A stretch of 24,000 nt of DNA from Candidatus Pacearchaeota archaeon (GCA_026002795.1 BPGA01000001.1:331759-355758), one strand, 5' to 3'. Counted from the first letter of the stretch, positions 15,902 to 23,459 are shown. Notes: generated by a model not told the origin, from the sequence alone. Translations and numbers: made by a program.

Positions 15902-16910
15902 TGTCTAGACCAATACTCTTAAAGAATTTTGATTTGTTGAAAATTTCCAAGTCATCATAATTCTGACCAGTACCTAAAAATAAAATTGGTTTTTTTGTTA
16001 TATAACTTACTGATAATGCAGTTCCTCCTTTTTCATCAACATCCGACTTTGTAAGGATTATTCCATCTATTCCTACATGCCAATCAAAGCTTTTTACTTG
16101 TTCAATAACATCATTTCCAGAAATGCTTTCTCCAACAAAAATTTTTAAATTCGGTTTACACACACGAACAATTTTTTCCATCTCTTTCATTAAATTTTTG
16201 TTTGTATGCATTCTTCCAGCACTATCTATAAGTACAACATTAATATTATTTTTTTTAGCGTAATTTATAGAGTCATAGCCTACTGAAGCAGGATCAGCAC
16301 CATAATTTGAAGAAATGACTTTAATTCCTAATTTTTGTCCGTGTTCTTTTATTTGCTCAATACTTGCTGCTCTAAAGGTGTCTGCAGCAGCAATAACACA
16401 AGAGAACCCATTATTTTTTAAAAAATTTGCAATTTTTGCAATAGTTGTTGTTTTTCCTGATCCATTAATTCCTAAAAACAAAATAATATAAGGTTTTTCT
16501 TTACTTTTTATCTCTTCAATCAAGTTTGGAGGATCCGCTAAAACTTTAGATATAGTCTCTTTTAATAAGTCTTTTACTGTAAACTCAAATTCTTTTTCTA
16601 GAAATTCTTTATCCTTAATTTCTTCTTTTAATTCCGAAATAATCTTTTCAGCAACATCATAAGCAACATTATTTTCCAATAGAATCATTTTTAATTCCTC
16701 ACCATATTCTTCAAATTCTTTTTCAGAAATTTTTATCTTCTTTTGTGATATTTTCTCTTTAACTTTCTTCCAAAAATCCTTTTTAATTTCTTTAGACTCT
16801 TTTTTTTCTTTTATTTCTTCCTTTTCTATTTTGTCTTTCTTTTCCTCTTTTTTTGAAGAAGATATCTTTTTTGCCCAATTCGTTATTTTTTCTTTTAGGA
16901 ATTTAAACAT
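15891..16910 (-). CDS. ftsY: SRP receptor FtsY
   Basis: A K/E-rich acidic-basic N-terminal region is followed by an NG domain (FLGINGSGKTTTIAKIA, LIDSAGRMH, ILTKSDVDEKGG). It overlaps the DedA-like gene by 11 nt. Confidence 0.93.
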   Translation of the reverse strand: MFKFLKEKITNWAKKISSSKKEEKKDKIEKEEIKEKKESKEIKKDFWKKVKEKISQKKIKISEKEFEEYGEELKMILLENNVAYDVAEKIISELKEEIKDKEFLEKEFEFTVKDLLKETISKVLADPPNLIEEIKSKEKPYIILFLGINGSGKTTTIAKIANFLKNNGFSCVIAAADTFRAASIEQIKEHGQKLGIKVISSNYGADPASVGYDSINYAKKNNINVVLIDSAGRMHTNKNLMKEMEKIVRVCKPNLKIFVGESISGNDVIEQVKSFDWHVGIDGIILTKSDVDEKGGTALSVSYITKKPILFLGTGQNYDDLEIFNKSKFFKSIGLDNEN

Positions 16911-16966
16911 TTTTATAGAAAAAATCTTTAATTTAAAGATTTTTAGATTTAATTAAAATCTAAATT

Positions 16967-16974
16967 TTTATAAA
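16967..16974 (+). promoter_or_regulatory. TATA box (TTTATAAA) for leaderless apgM
   Basis: The octamer centre is about 25.5 nt upstream of the ATG at 16996. Confidence 0.4.
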
Positions 16975-16995
16975 CAAGAAAAGCTTAAAACTAAA

Positions 16996-18288
16996 ATGAA
17001 AGGCATTCTTGTACTCCTTGACGGGTTAGGTGATTTGCCATGTAAGCAACTTAATGATAAAACTCCTTTAGAAGCTGCAGAAACACCAAATTTAGATTTT
17101 TTTTCAGCGAGAGGAGAGATGGGTTATATGTACCCTTTAGAAGAGCTAAAAATACCAGAATCACACGAGTCAATTCTCTCTATTTTTGGAAACGACACAA
17201 GAGAAAGTTCAAGAGGCCAGCTTGAGGCTAGAGGAGCAGATATTAAACTTGTGAGAGGAGATTTAGCTTTAAGAGCTAATTTTGCAACAATAGATTCTCT
17301 TAAAGAAGGAAATATAATTGATAGGAGAGTAGGAAGAACTTTAACTACAGAAGAAGCGAAAATATTAGCAAAAGAAATAAACAAAATAAAAATACCTTGT
17401 GAATTTATTTTTAAACCAACAATACAACATCGAGGAGTTTTGGTTTTAAGAGGCGGGTTTTCTGATAATATTACAAGTAATGATAGATTTTACTCAGAGC
17501 ACGGAATGACAAAAAATAAAATTAGCATATTCAAGCCGGCTGATGATGAAGAAAATACAAAATATACTGTAAATGTTCTTAATGAGTTTATGGAAAAAGT
17601 TTATTATGTTTTAGAAAACCATCCAGTTAACATACAAAGAAAGAAAAAAGGCCTTCTTCCAGCAAATTTTCTTTTAATGAGGGGTGCTGGAATTGAACAA
17701 CCAAAACTAAAATTTTATAGGAGATGGATGGCAATAGCTTATATGCCATTAGAAATTGGTTTTGCAAAACTATCTGGGATGAAAGTTTTTTCTTTTGATT
17801 ATCCTAGATTAAAAAATTTTGATGTTTATGAAAATTTAAACGAAGGATTGAAAGAAGCATGCGAATTTACAATTAAGACAATTAAAAAAAATTACAAAGA
17901 TTTTGATTATGCTTATGTTCATATTAAAGAGACAGATATACCTGGACACGATAATAAGCCAATTGAGAAAAAAAATATGATAGAGTACATAGATAAAACC
18001 TTATTTAAATTTTTAAAAGAATTTGCCGCCCTAAAAGGAATAAAAATACTGGTGACAGGAGACCACTCTACACCATGCAAGCTTAAATCACATTCAACAG
18101 ACCCTGTTCCTGTTTTATTTTATAATATGAAAATTAAAATCCAGAGATTTAATTTTTTTCCTGTTTTAAGAAAAAAAGAAGAAAAACCTTTAAAAGAGAT
18201 AATTAAATTTTCTGAAAAAAACGCTAGATTAGGTAGCTTAGGAAGAATTTATGGAAATCAGCTACTTTCTATAACTGGTTTTAATTAA
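16996..18288 (+). CDS. apgM: 2,3-bisphosphoglycerate-independent phosphoglycerate mutase, archaeal type (ApgM)
   Basis: MKGILVLLDGLGDLP...TPLEAAETPNLD, ANFATID, HIKETDIPGHD, VTGDHSTP and LGSLGRIYG are the alkaline-phosphatase-superfamily ApgM motifs. Confidence 0.8.
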   Translation: MKGILVLLDGLGDLPCKQLNDKTPLEAAETPNLDFFSARGEMGYMYPLEELKIPESHESILSIFGNDTRESSRGQLEARGADIKLVRGDLALRANFATIDSLKEGNIIDRRVGRTLTTEEAKILAKEINKIKIPCEFIFKPTIQHRGVLVLRGGFSDNITSNDRFYSEHGMTKNKISIFKPADDEENTKYTVNVLNEFMEKVYYVLENHPVNIQRKKKGLLPANFLLMRGAGIEQPKLKFYRRWMAIAYMPLEIGFAKLSGMKVFSFDYPRLKNFDVYENLNEGLKEACEFTIKTIKKNYKDFDYAYVHIKETDIPGHDNKPIEKKNMIEYIDKTLFKFLKEFAALKGIKILVTGDHSTPCKLKSHSTDPVPVLFYNMKIKIQRFNFFPVLRKKEEKPLKEIIKFSEKNARLGSLGRIYGNQLLSITGFN

Positions 18289-18333
18289 CTTTTTTATAGT
18301 AATTATTAAAAATACCTATATTCTTCTTTTTTT

Positions 18334-18891
18334 ATGTTAACTTATAATGATATTTATGAAGCCGAAAGAAAAGAGAGATATTCAGAACAACTGCAACCAT
18401 TACCTAAAAATTTTCTTCAAGAATTCTCTCAATACATAAAAGAAAAAAAAGAAATAGTTTCTAAAGAAAACGATTCCTTTTCAGAAATAATTACTAAAAC
18501 AAAAAAACAACTCGAGAACGCAATAACTCTTTTTAAACAATTAATGAGAAGCCGAAGAAAAAAAATTTTAGATTTAGCTTTAATAGGTTTAGAAACAGGA
18601 ATTTCAAAACAAGATTTTGAGAATATGCTTCCTTTTGAAAAAGATTTGTTTGATGAATTAATAAAAAGTTTAGAAAAATCTGATAAGAGTTTGAATGATT
18701 ATCTTAATAACAAAAATCAAAAAGAAAGCAATAATAAATTAATTGTTTTTAAAGAGGACGTTACAGAACTTTTTGATTTTGAAGGAAATAAAATAGGCCC
18801 TTTTGAAAAGGGACAAATTGCTAACATATCAAAAGAAATAGCTAAAATTTTGGTAGAGGATGGTAAAGCAGAATTATTGGAAGAAAAATGA
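18334..18891 (+). CDS. GINS complex subunit, Gins51 (Sld5/Psf1-like) type, tentative
   Basis: LTYNDIYEAERKERYSEQLQPLPKNF and KQLENAITLFKQLMRSRRKKILDLAL fit the GINS A-domain helices. The C-terminal small B-domain GPFEKGQIANISKEIAKILVEDGKAELL fits the Gins51 tail (GPF..GDvv.lP...A..Li..G.A). The alignment is by hand only. Confidence 0.55.
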   Translation: MLTYNDIYEAERKERYSEQLQPLPKNFLQEFSQYIKEKKEIVSKENDSFSEIITKTKKQLENAITLFKQLMRSRRKKILDLALIGLETGISKQDFENMLPFEKDLFDELIKSLEKSDKSLNDYLNNKNQKESNNKLIVFKEDVTELFDFEGNKIGPFEKGQIANISKEIAKILVEDGKAELLEEK

Positions 18892-19364
18892 ATCTTGAAG
18901 ACAAAATTTATAAACTAAATGAAAAAATAGAAAATCTAAAAATAAAAAATTCAAGAGTTTTAAACAGTTTAGAGAGAGTCTTTGATTTAATTTACATCTT
19001 AGATGTAGGAGGTTCTTTAATTAGAAAATATCAATTAAATCTCTCAAAAAAACTTGGTTGGACTGAAAGAGACCTGACAATAAGAAATGCTATATACTGT
19101 GGCATAATTCCTTCTTTAGCTTATATAATCATAAACCATAATTTAGAATCTAATTTTAATACAGAATATCAAAAATTCTTTTATAGCTATCCTATTTATA
19201 TGTCCTTCTTGAATTTGGGAAGAATTTTTTATTCTTCAATAACAAAAAAAGCAATTGGTTCATTTTCAATATACAACTTAGTTTGTTCTTCTATTTATTT
19301 TTTCAAAGAACAGCTAAAAAAAATAAAAGAGCCTGCGGAGGGAATCGAACCCTCGGCCTACTGA
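18888..19364 (+). CDS. Hypothetical protein: N-terminal coiled-coil-like segment followed by hydrophobic segments
   Basis: Its start overlaps the GINS-like stop in an ATGA, suggesting translational coupling. I recognise no motif. The last 35 nt run antisense through the tRNA-Thr gene, so the C-terminus (EPAEGIEPSAY) is tRNA-derived sequence. Confidence 0.4.
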   Translation: MNLEDKIYKLNEKIENLKIKNSRVLNSLERVFDLIYILDVGGSLIRKYQLNLSKKLGWTERDLTIRNAIYCGIIPSLAYIIINHNLESNFNTEYQKFFYSYPIYMSFLNLGRIFYSSITKKAIGSFSIYNLVCSSIYFFKEQLKKIKEPAEGIEPSAY

Positions 19365-19401
19365 TTACGAATCAGTTGCTCTACCTCTGAGCTACGCAGG
19401 C
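19330..19401 (-). tRNA. tRNA-Thr (anticodon CGU)
   Basis: The reverse complement folds as GCCTGCG-TA-GCTC-AGAGGTA-GAGC-A-ACTGA-TTCGTAA-TCAGT-AGGCC-GAGGG-TTCGATT-CCCTC-CGCAGGC-T. All stems are perfect. Confidence 0.9.
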
Positions 19402-19471
19402 CTATATCTAATAAATCAATAAAAAATAAGAATCCTATGTTTTTATATTTTAGAAAATTTTAAAATAAGAA

Positions 19472-19756
19472 CTAACCAAATAAAGCAGCTAAACCCTCTG
19501 CAGCAGCTTCTTTTTTCTCTTCTTTTGGCTTAGGCTCTTCTTTCTTTTCTTCTTTAGTCTGCTCTTGAGAAGAAGATAATGCAATTGGCTTTTCTAGCTC
19601 TTTATCTATATCAACATTTTTTAAACTAGCTACAACAGCCTTAACTTTTGATTCATCAACATTTATACCTGCTGCTGAAACAACGTTTTTTAAATTTTCT
19701 TCATTAATTTCTTTTCCGCTTTTGTGTAATAAAAGAGCAGCATATATATATTCCAT
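19472..19756 (-). CDS. rpl12: Ribosomal stalk protein P1 (archaeal L12)
   Basis: [31 protein letters not shown] is followed by a K/E-rich hinge and the conserved tail [11 protein letters not shown]. Confidence 0.9.
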   Translation of the reverse strand: MEYIYAALLLHKSGKEINEENLKNVVSAAGINVDESKVKAVVASLKNVDIDKELEKPIALSSSQEQTKEEKKEEPKPKEEKKEAAAEGLAALFG

Positions 19757-19783
19757 TTTATAATTATTTTTTGATAAAATCTT

Positions 19784-20569
19784 TTAATTATTAGGGTTTA
19801 TAAAGTTTTCAATTGTCTTTGCTTCTAAAAGAGCTTTTGATATTAAAAAGCTTATTGTTTCTTTTGTGGGGTATGATATATTTATAGCAAGAATCAAAGA
19901 ATTTTCAAATGATTTCTTTAAATCGTTTATTATCTCTTGTTTGTTAAAACCAACATTATCATAAAATTTTTTTTCTTTAGTATCATAAGCAGATTCTGGA
20001 ACTAAACCAACTAAAAAAGGTTTTATTCCTAGTTTACTCATTATATCAACAGCAACATTACTTATTTTTTCTCCTTTTTTAACTATAACTTTTGCTTCTT
20101 TTATTACAATTTTTCCCTTTTCTATTTGGATAGGTATTCCTAAAGCTCCAAGTTCAGAAATTGCAGGTCCTGGTGTTAGATCAGTTGGTCCGGCAGGGAC
20201 TTCTATGTCAATAGGAGATTCTTGACCTGCTTTAGCTTTAGCAGGAATTTTTATGTCAATAAGATATGAAGAAAGATCAAAAGCGTCTTCATTAGAAAAT
20301 AAAAATGCATATCCTTCTTTTATTCTTTCTTTAAATTTATTTGCAATACCCTCATCTAATTTCTTAAGAGCTAAAATGATAAGACTTTTTTTAGGAACTT
20401 TAATTACAGCTTTTTCTCTTAAACTCTTTGATATTTCTTGTAAATTAGAAAGAGGCAAGCCTTTTATTGAAATTAACATAATTGTTTTATTATTATTTAT
20501 TAAATACTCTAATTCTTTTAATAACTTTTTTTTAGCTTCTGAAATTTTCCTTTGATTTTTCTCTTTCAT
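19784..20569 (-). CDS. rpl10: Ribosomal stalk protein uL10 (P0), unusually short
   Basis: TIMLISIKGLPLSNLQEISKSLREKAVIKVPKKSLIILALKK matches the archaeal P0 N-domain (v.l.giPa.qLQeIR..LR.ka.lrvsKNtL...AL). It sits between rpl1 and rpl12, and its start overlaps the rpl1 stop by 4 nt. Confidence 0.85.
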   Translation of the reverse strand: MKEKNQRKISEAKKKLLKELEYLINNNKTIMLISIKGLPLSNLQEISKSLREKAVIKVPKKSLIILALKKLDEGIANKFKERIKEGYAFLFSNEDAFDLSSYLIDIKIPAKAKAGQESPIDIEVPAGPTDLTPGPAISELGALGIPIQIEKGKIVIKEAKVIVKKGEKISNVAVDIMSKLGIKPFLVGLVPESAYDTKEKKFYDNVGFNKQEIINDLKKSFENSLILAINISYPTKETISFLISKALLEAKTIENFINPNN

Positions 20570-21195
20570 TTTAAAAATATTTTAATTGGTTTACTCATCG
20601 TGAATTTTATTTGTATGTTTTTAATATTTTCTTTACCTTTTGGAAGAATTTTTAAAATACTGTTATAAAAACTAATGCAATTTTCTATGATTTCAGAATC
20701 TTTCATACTTTGTTTTCCTATAGCTACTTTTATACTTGGCTCTTTAATCTTTAACTTAATAGAGTTTTCAATTCTTTTTTTAGTTTGCTCTATTGTTTTT
20801 TCATCTAAACTGTTTATTATGCCAAGCTGTGGAGAAGGCATTTTTCCAGCAGGCCCCAAAACCCTTCCGAAAATACTAGCAACTTTAGGCATTAAATTTA
20901 ATTGAGAAATAAAAAAATCATAACTTTTAACTAACTTTTTTAGATTTTTCTTATCTGAATATTTATTAAATTCTTGAGGGGTTATTGTATCTATTCCTTT
21001 TATTTTTGTTTCGGCAAAAGCAGCTATTTTTTTATCTTTTATTTTAAAAGGAACAATTATAGAAGCGTTTATCTGATTTTTTTTATGATCAAAATTTTTT
21101 AAATTTATTATTAGATCTACAGTTTGATCAAACTTTCTCTCCTTACTTTTTCTTAATTCAGATAAAGCCTTTTCTAATTGTTTTTCTAGTTGCAT
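20566..21195 (-). CDS. rpl1: Ribosomal protein uL1
   Basis: FDQTVDLIINLK, GRVLGPAGKMPSP and IKVAIGKQSM are uL1 motifs. The track start at 21210 is probably too long. GGAGGT (complement of 21200..21205) lies 4 nt upstream of the second ATG at 21195, so I place the start there. Confidence 0.85.
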   Translation of the reverse strand: MQLEKQLEKALSELRKSKERKFDQTVDLIINLKNFDHKKNQINASIIVPFKIKDKKIAAFAETKIKGIDTITPQEFNKYSDKKNLKKLVKSYDFFISQLNLMPKVASIFGRVLGPAGKMPSPQLGIINSLDEKTIEQTKKRIENSIKLKIKEPSIKVAIGKQSMKDSEIIENCISFYNSILKILPKGKENIKNIQIKFTMSKPIKIFLK

Positions 21196-21210
21196 TTTTA
21201 CCTCCCACAT

Positions 21211-21233
21211 TACGTAAATTTTTAAGTTACGTA
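21211..21233 (-). promoter_or_regulatory. 7-bp stem-loop in the rpl1 5' leader (candidate L1 autoregulatory or structural element)
   Basis: On the mRNA strand, UACGUAA-cuuaaaaau-UUACGUA forms a perfect 7-bp stem with a 9-nt loop. It lies directly upstream of the GGAGGU Shine-Dalgarno sequence. Confidence 0.3.
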
Positions 21234-21268
21234 GTGGTTCAAACGGTAAAAATTAAACCTAAAAATAC

Positions 21269-21276
21269 TTTATAAA
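21269..21276 (-). promoter_or_regulatory. TATA box (TTTATAAA) for the rpl1-rpl10-rpl12 operon
   Basis: It is the same palindromic octamer as at the leaderless genes. Here it lies about 77 nt upstream of the rpl1 ATG (21195), which implies a leader of about 50 nt. It overlaps the stop codon of the upstream small ORF. Confidence 0.35.
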
Positions 21277-21620
21277 TCTTTTTGAAAATTAAATAAATAT
21301 AAATTTCCTAAATATATGAATGATAAATAATTTTCATTACTTTGATAATTGACAAAACTACTCTGTAAATTAAATTTTAAAATTTCTTTTGGACATTTTA
21401 GTTCTAATCTAATTCCATACAAACCAATCTGATCTTTTATAGGATATGCTAAAATTTTTTTACATTTACTTAAACCAACAACACTTCCTTTTGGCAATGA
21501 ACTTAAAATAATTTCTAATTTTTTTCTAGTTTCATCATCACACAAAAATACAAGATTTTTTCTTTTCATTTTTTTATTTCTTAAAAAACATTTTTTAAAT
21601 TTTTTATGAAATAAAAACAC
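21270..21620 (-). CDS. Small hypothetical protein with a bacterial ribosomal protein bS6-like core motif. The real start may be Met18 at 21569
   Basis: KKILAYPIKDQIGLYGIRLELKCPKEILKF resembles the bS6 core (E. coli [31 protein letters not shown]). From Met18 the N-terminus MKRKNLVFLC resembles the first bS6 beta-strand, and the product would be about 99 aa. Confidence 0.5.
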   Translation of the reverse strand: MFLFHKKFKKCFLRNKKMKRKNLVFLCDDETRKKLEIILSSLPKGSVVGLSKCKKILAYPIKDQIGLYGIRLELKCPKEILKFNLQSSFVNYQSNENYLSFIYLGNLYLFNFQKDL

Positions 21621-21627
21621 AACAATT

Positions 21628-21636
21628 CTTATAAAT
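21628..21636 (+). promoter_or_regulatory. TATA box (CTTATAAAT) for the leaderless 21657 ORF
   Basis: It is centred about 25 nt upstream of the ATG at 21657. Confidence 0.4.
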
Positions 21637-21656
21637 GAAATACTTCTTTTTTCCTA

Positions 21657-22007
21657 ATGGAATTTATAGCTTTGCTTTCTACTGGAAAAGGATCTTGGGG
21701 GCAAATTTCTGGCCTTATTAAGTATGGAGAATGGGATAAAATAATTCTTATAGGAAGAGATTTTGCAGAAAAATTTACCTCTGAAAAAAAATTTGAGTTT
21801 ATTAGAGTTGATTTAGACAAAAGAATTAAAGAGCTAAAAGAAGAATTTGAGAAAAAACTAAGAGGAAAAATACAAGGTACAGAGGTTGCTTTAAGTATAG
21901 CATCAGGAGACGGTAAAGAGCATATGGCCTTAATTTCTGCTTTATTAAGTCTGCCGGTTGGAATAAGGTTTGTTGCTTTAACAAAAGAAGGAATACTTTA
22001 TTTATAA
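21657..22007 (+). CDS. Hypothetical 116-aa Rossmann-like protein with a CARF-like signature (tentative)
   Basis: It has a beta-strand plus Gly/Ser loop at the N-terminus (FIALLSTGKGSWG), and a second strand followed by SIASGDGKEHMALISALL. The latter resembles the (N/D)xTGGTKxM motif of CARF and related ligand-binding Rossmann domains. It has a clean leaderless promoter. The antisense ORF 21629..21820 looks spurious. Confidence 0.55.
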   Translation: MEFIALLSTGKGSWGQISGLIKYGEWDKIILIGRDFAEKFTSEKKFEFIRVDLDKRIKELKEEFEKKLRGKIQGTEVALSIASGDGKEHMALISALLSLPVGIRFVALTKEGILYL

Positions 22008-22017
22008 TTCTTAATTT

Positions 22018-23445
22018 TCATCTAAAAAAACTTATTATCCAGAAAAACATCAAAACAAAAACCAAAAACAAGAAAAATTGGGTTGAAAAAATAAATGCTT
22101 TTCTAGCTATTTTTTCATTTTTTGTTAACGCTAGAACACTTAAATAAAAAAATCTTCCTCCATCAAAAATGCCTACAGGAAGCATATTAATTAAAGCTAC
22201 GCTTAAACTTATTAAAATAATCCACCATATTAAATTGTAAATAAAAATACCTAATTCTCCTATTTTTGTCTCATAGTAGGTATTTGGATCTTTAAATGAA
22301 CTTATTTTTTGTATAATTCCTCTTAAAATTCCGTTAGATTTTCTTTCATAAAACCCTATACCTAGCCAAGCAGATCCAGGTTTTTCAGGATTTTCCTCTA
22401 AAATAATTTCTTGTGATTTATAACCCCCATCAGTTAAAATACCTAAACTTATTTTATCTCCGGGTTTATATTTAGATATTTTAAAAGATAAATCATTAAT
22501 TGAAGTTACTTTTTCTCCATTAATATCTATAATTATTCTACTTAAATTATTCTTAATTGCTGGAGCAGAGTTGTATAAAACCAAGATATCATTGTTTTTT
22601 TGATTTTCAATCATCTGTTTTGTTGCTAAAAAAACCCTATTTCCCGATTTTATCTCATTAAATTCAGAACTATTCATTAAATTCAATAATTCGGAATAAC
22701 TCTTTTCATTTAGAGTAATATTATTTACTGAATTAATTGTTGCTATATGAACTTGAGAGGTTGCATAAGAATCAAAAATAATTCCAGCTGGTTTAAAAGC
22801 AAAAATAAAAAAGACAACAAAGATGACGAAAAATAAAATAGCTGTTATGACATTTGCAAAAGTTCCTGATGAAAGAATAGCAAGCTGAGAAAACTTTCTT
22901 TTTTTTGCCATTTTTTTCTCATCAAGTTCAACAAAAGCAGCTAAAAATATTGGCAAGAAAAAAGGAAAAAATCCGAATCCAGTTGTTTTTATCTTAACTT
23001 TATTATGAGCAGCAAAAATTCCGTGTGCCAACTCATGAAAAATTGCAATAATTGCAATTATTACAATCCAATATGTAAAATAAAAAGGGGGTAAAAACTC
23101 TAACTTAAAAACTTGTGGAAGGTAAGGTACTAAAGGCAGTATTGGCGGAACCTTTATTGTTCTTACAAGAATCGGATTTAAAACATAAATTTTTACTATA
23201 TTATAAATTAAATAGATAACAGAAATCATTAATACATAGCCACAAAAAATAGAAACATAACTTAAAAAATTCCAAAAACCCTTATGCTTTTTTCCTAATT
23301 TATTTATTAGTTTTATTCCCCAACTAGTTCTATATAAAACGAGCAGTCCTTCTCTATCAAGCTTTTTTCTTTTTTTATAAAGAAAAACAAATAAAAATAA
23401 AACAAAAAAAGACAAAAAAATTAAATCATAAACTAAAAAGCTCAT
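22018..23445 (-). CDS. Site-2 protease (M50 family intramembrane zinc metalloprotease) with a PDZ domain
   Basis: HELAHG (HExxH) lies in a TM helix. A PDZ-like insert is present (INGEKVTSINDLSFKISKYKPGDKISLGIL), as is the second M50 motif NMLPVGIFDGGRF. Confidence 0.85.
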   Translation of the reverse strand: MSFLVYDLIFLSFFVLFLFVFLYKKRKKLDREGLLVLYRTSWGIKLINKLGKKHKGFWNFLSYVSIFCGYVLMISVIYLIYNIVKIYVLNPILVRTIKVPPILPLVPYLPQVFKLEFLPPFYFTYWIVIIAIIAIFHELAHGIFAAHNKVKIKTTGFGFFPFFLPIFLAAFVELDEKKMAKKRKFSQLAILSSGTFANVITAILFFVIFVVFFIFAFKPAGIIFDSYATSQVHIATINSVNNITLNEKSYSELLNLMNSSEFNEIKSGNRVFLATKQMIENQKNNDILVLYNSAPAIKNNLSRIIIDINGEKVTSINDLSFKISKYKPGDKISLGILTDGGYKSQEIILEENPEKPGSAWLGIGFYERKSNGILRGIIQKISSFKDPNTYYETKIGELGIFIYNLIWWIILISLSVALINMLPVGIFDGGRFFYLSVLALTKNEKIARKAFIFSTQFFLFLVFVLMFFWIISFFR

Positions 23446-23459
23446 CTTTTATATTTAAG

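Noticed and set aside
17124-17384. 86-aa ORF antisense to apgM
   Set aside because: It lies inside a supported CDS.
19330-19401. tRNA-Thr (and likewise tRNA-Arg and tRNA-Gln) as an integration site of a mobile element
   Set aside because: No integrase, transposase or phage-like genes flank any of the three tRNAs. By eye I found no second copy of a tRNA 3' half (an att-type direct repeat) in the window. The flanking genes are core housekeeping genes.
20253-20905. ORFs 20253..20555 and 20675..20905, antisense to rpl10 and rpl1
   Set aside because: They lie opposite ribosomal protein genes with clear motifs.
21629-21820. 63-aa minus-strand ORF overlapping the start of the 21657..22007 gene
   Set aside because: The plus-strand ORF is longer, has a correctly spaced TATA box and shows domain-like motifs. 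The minus-strand translation is irregular and has no upstream signal.
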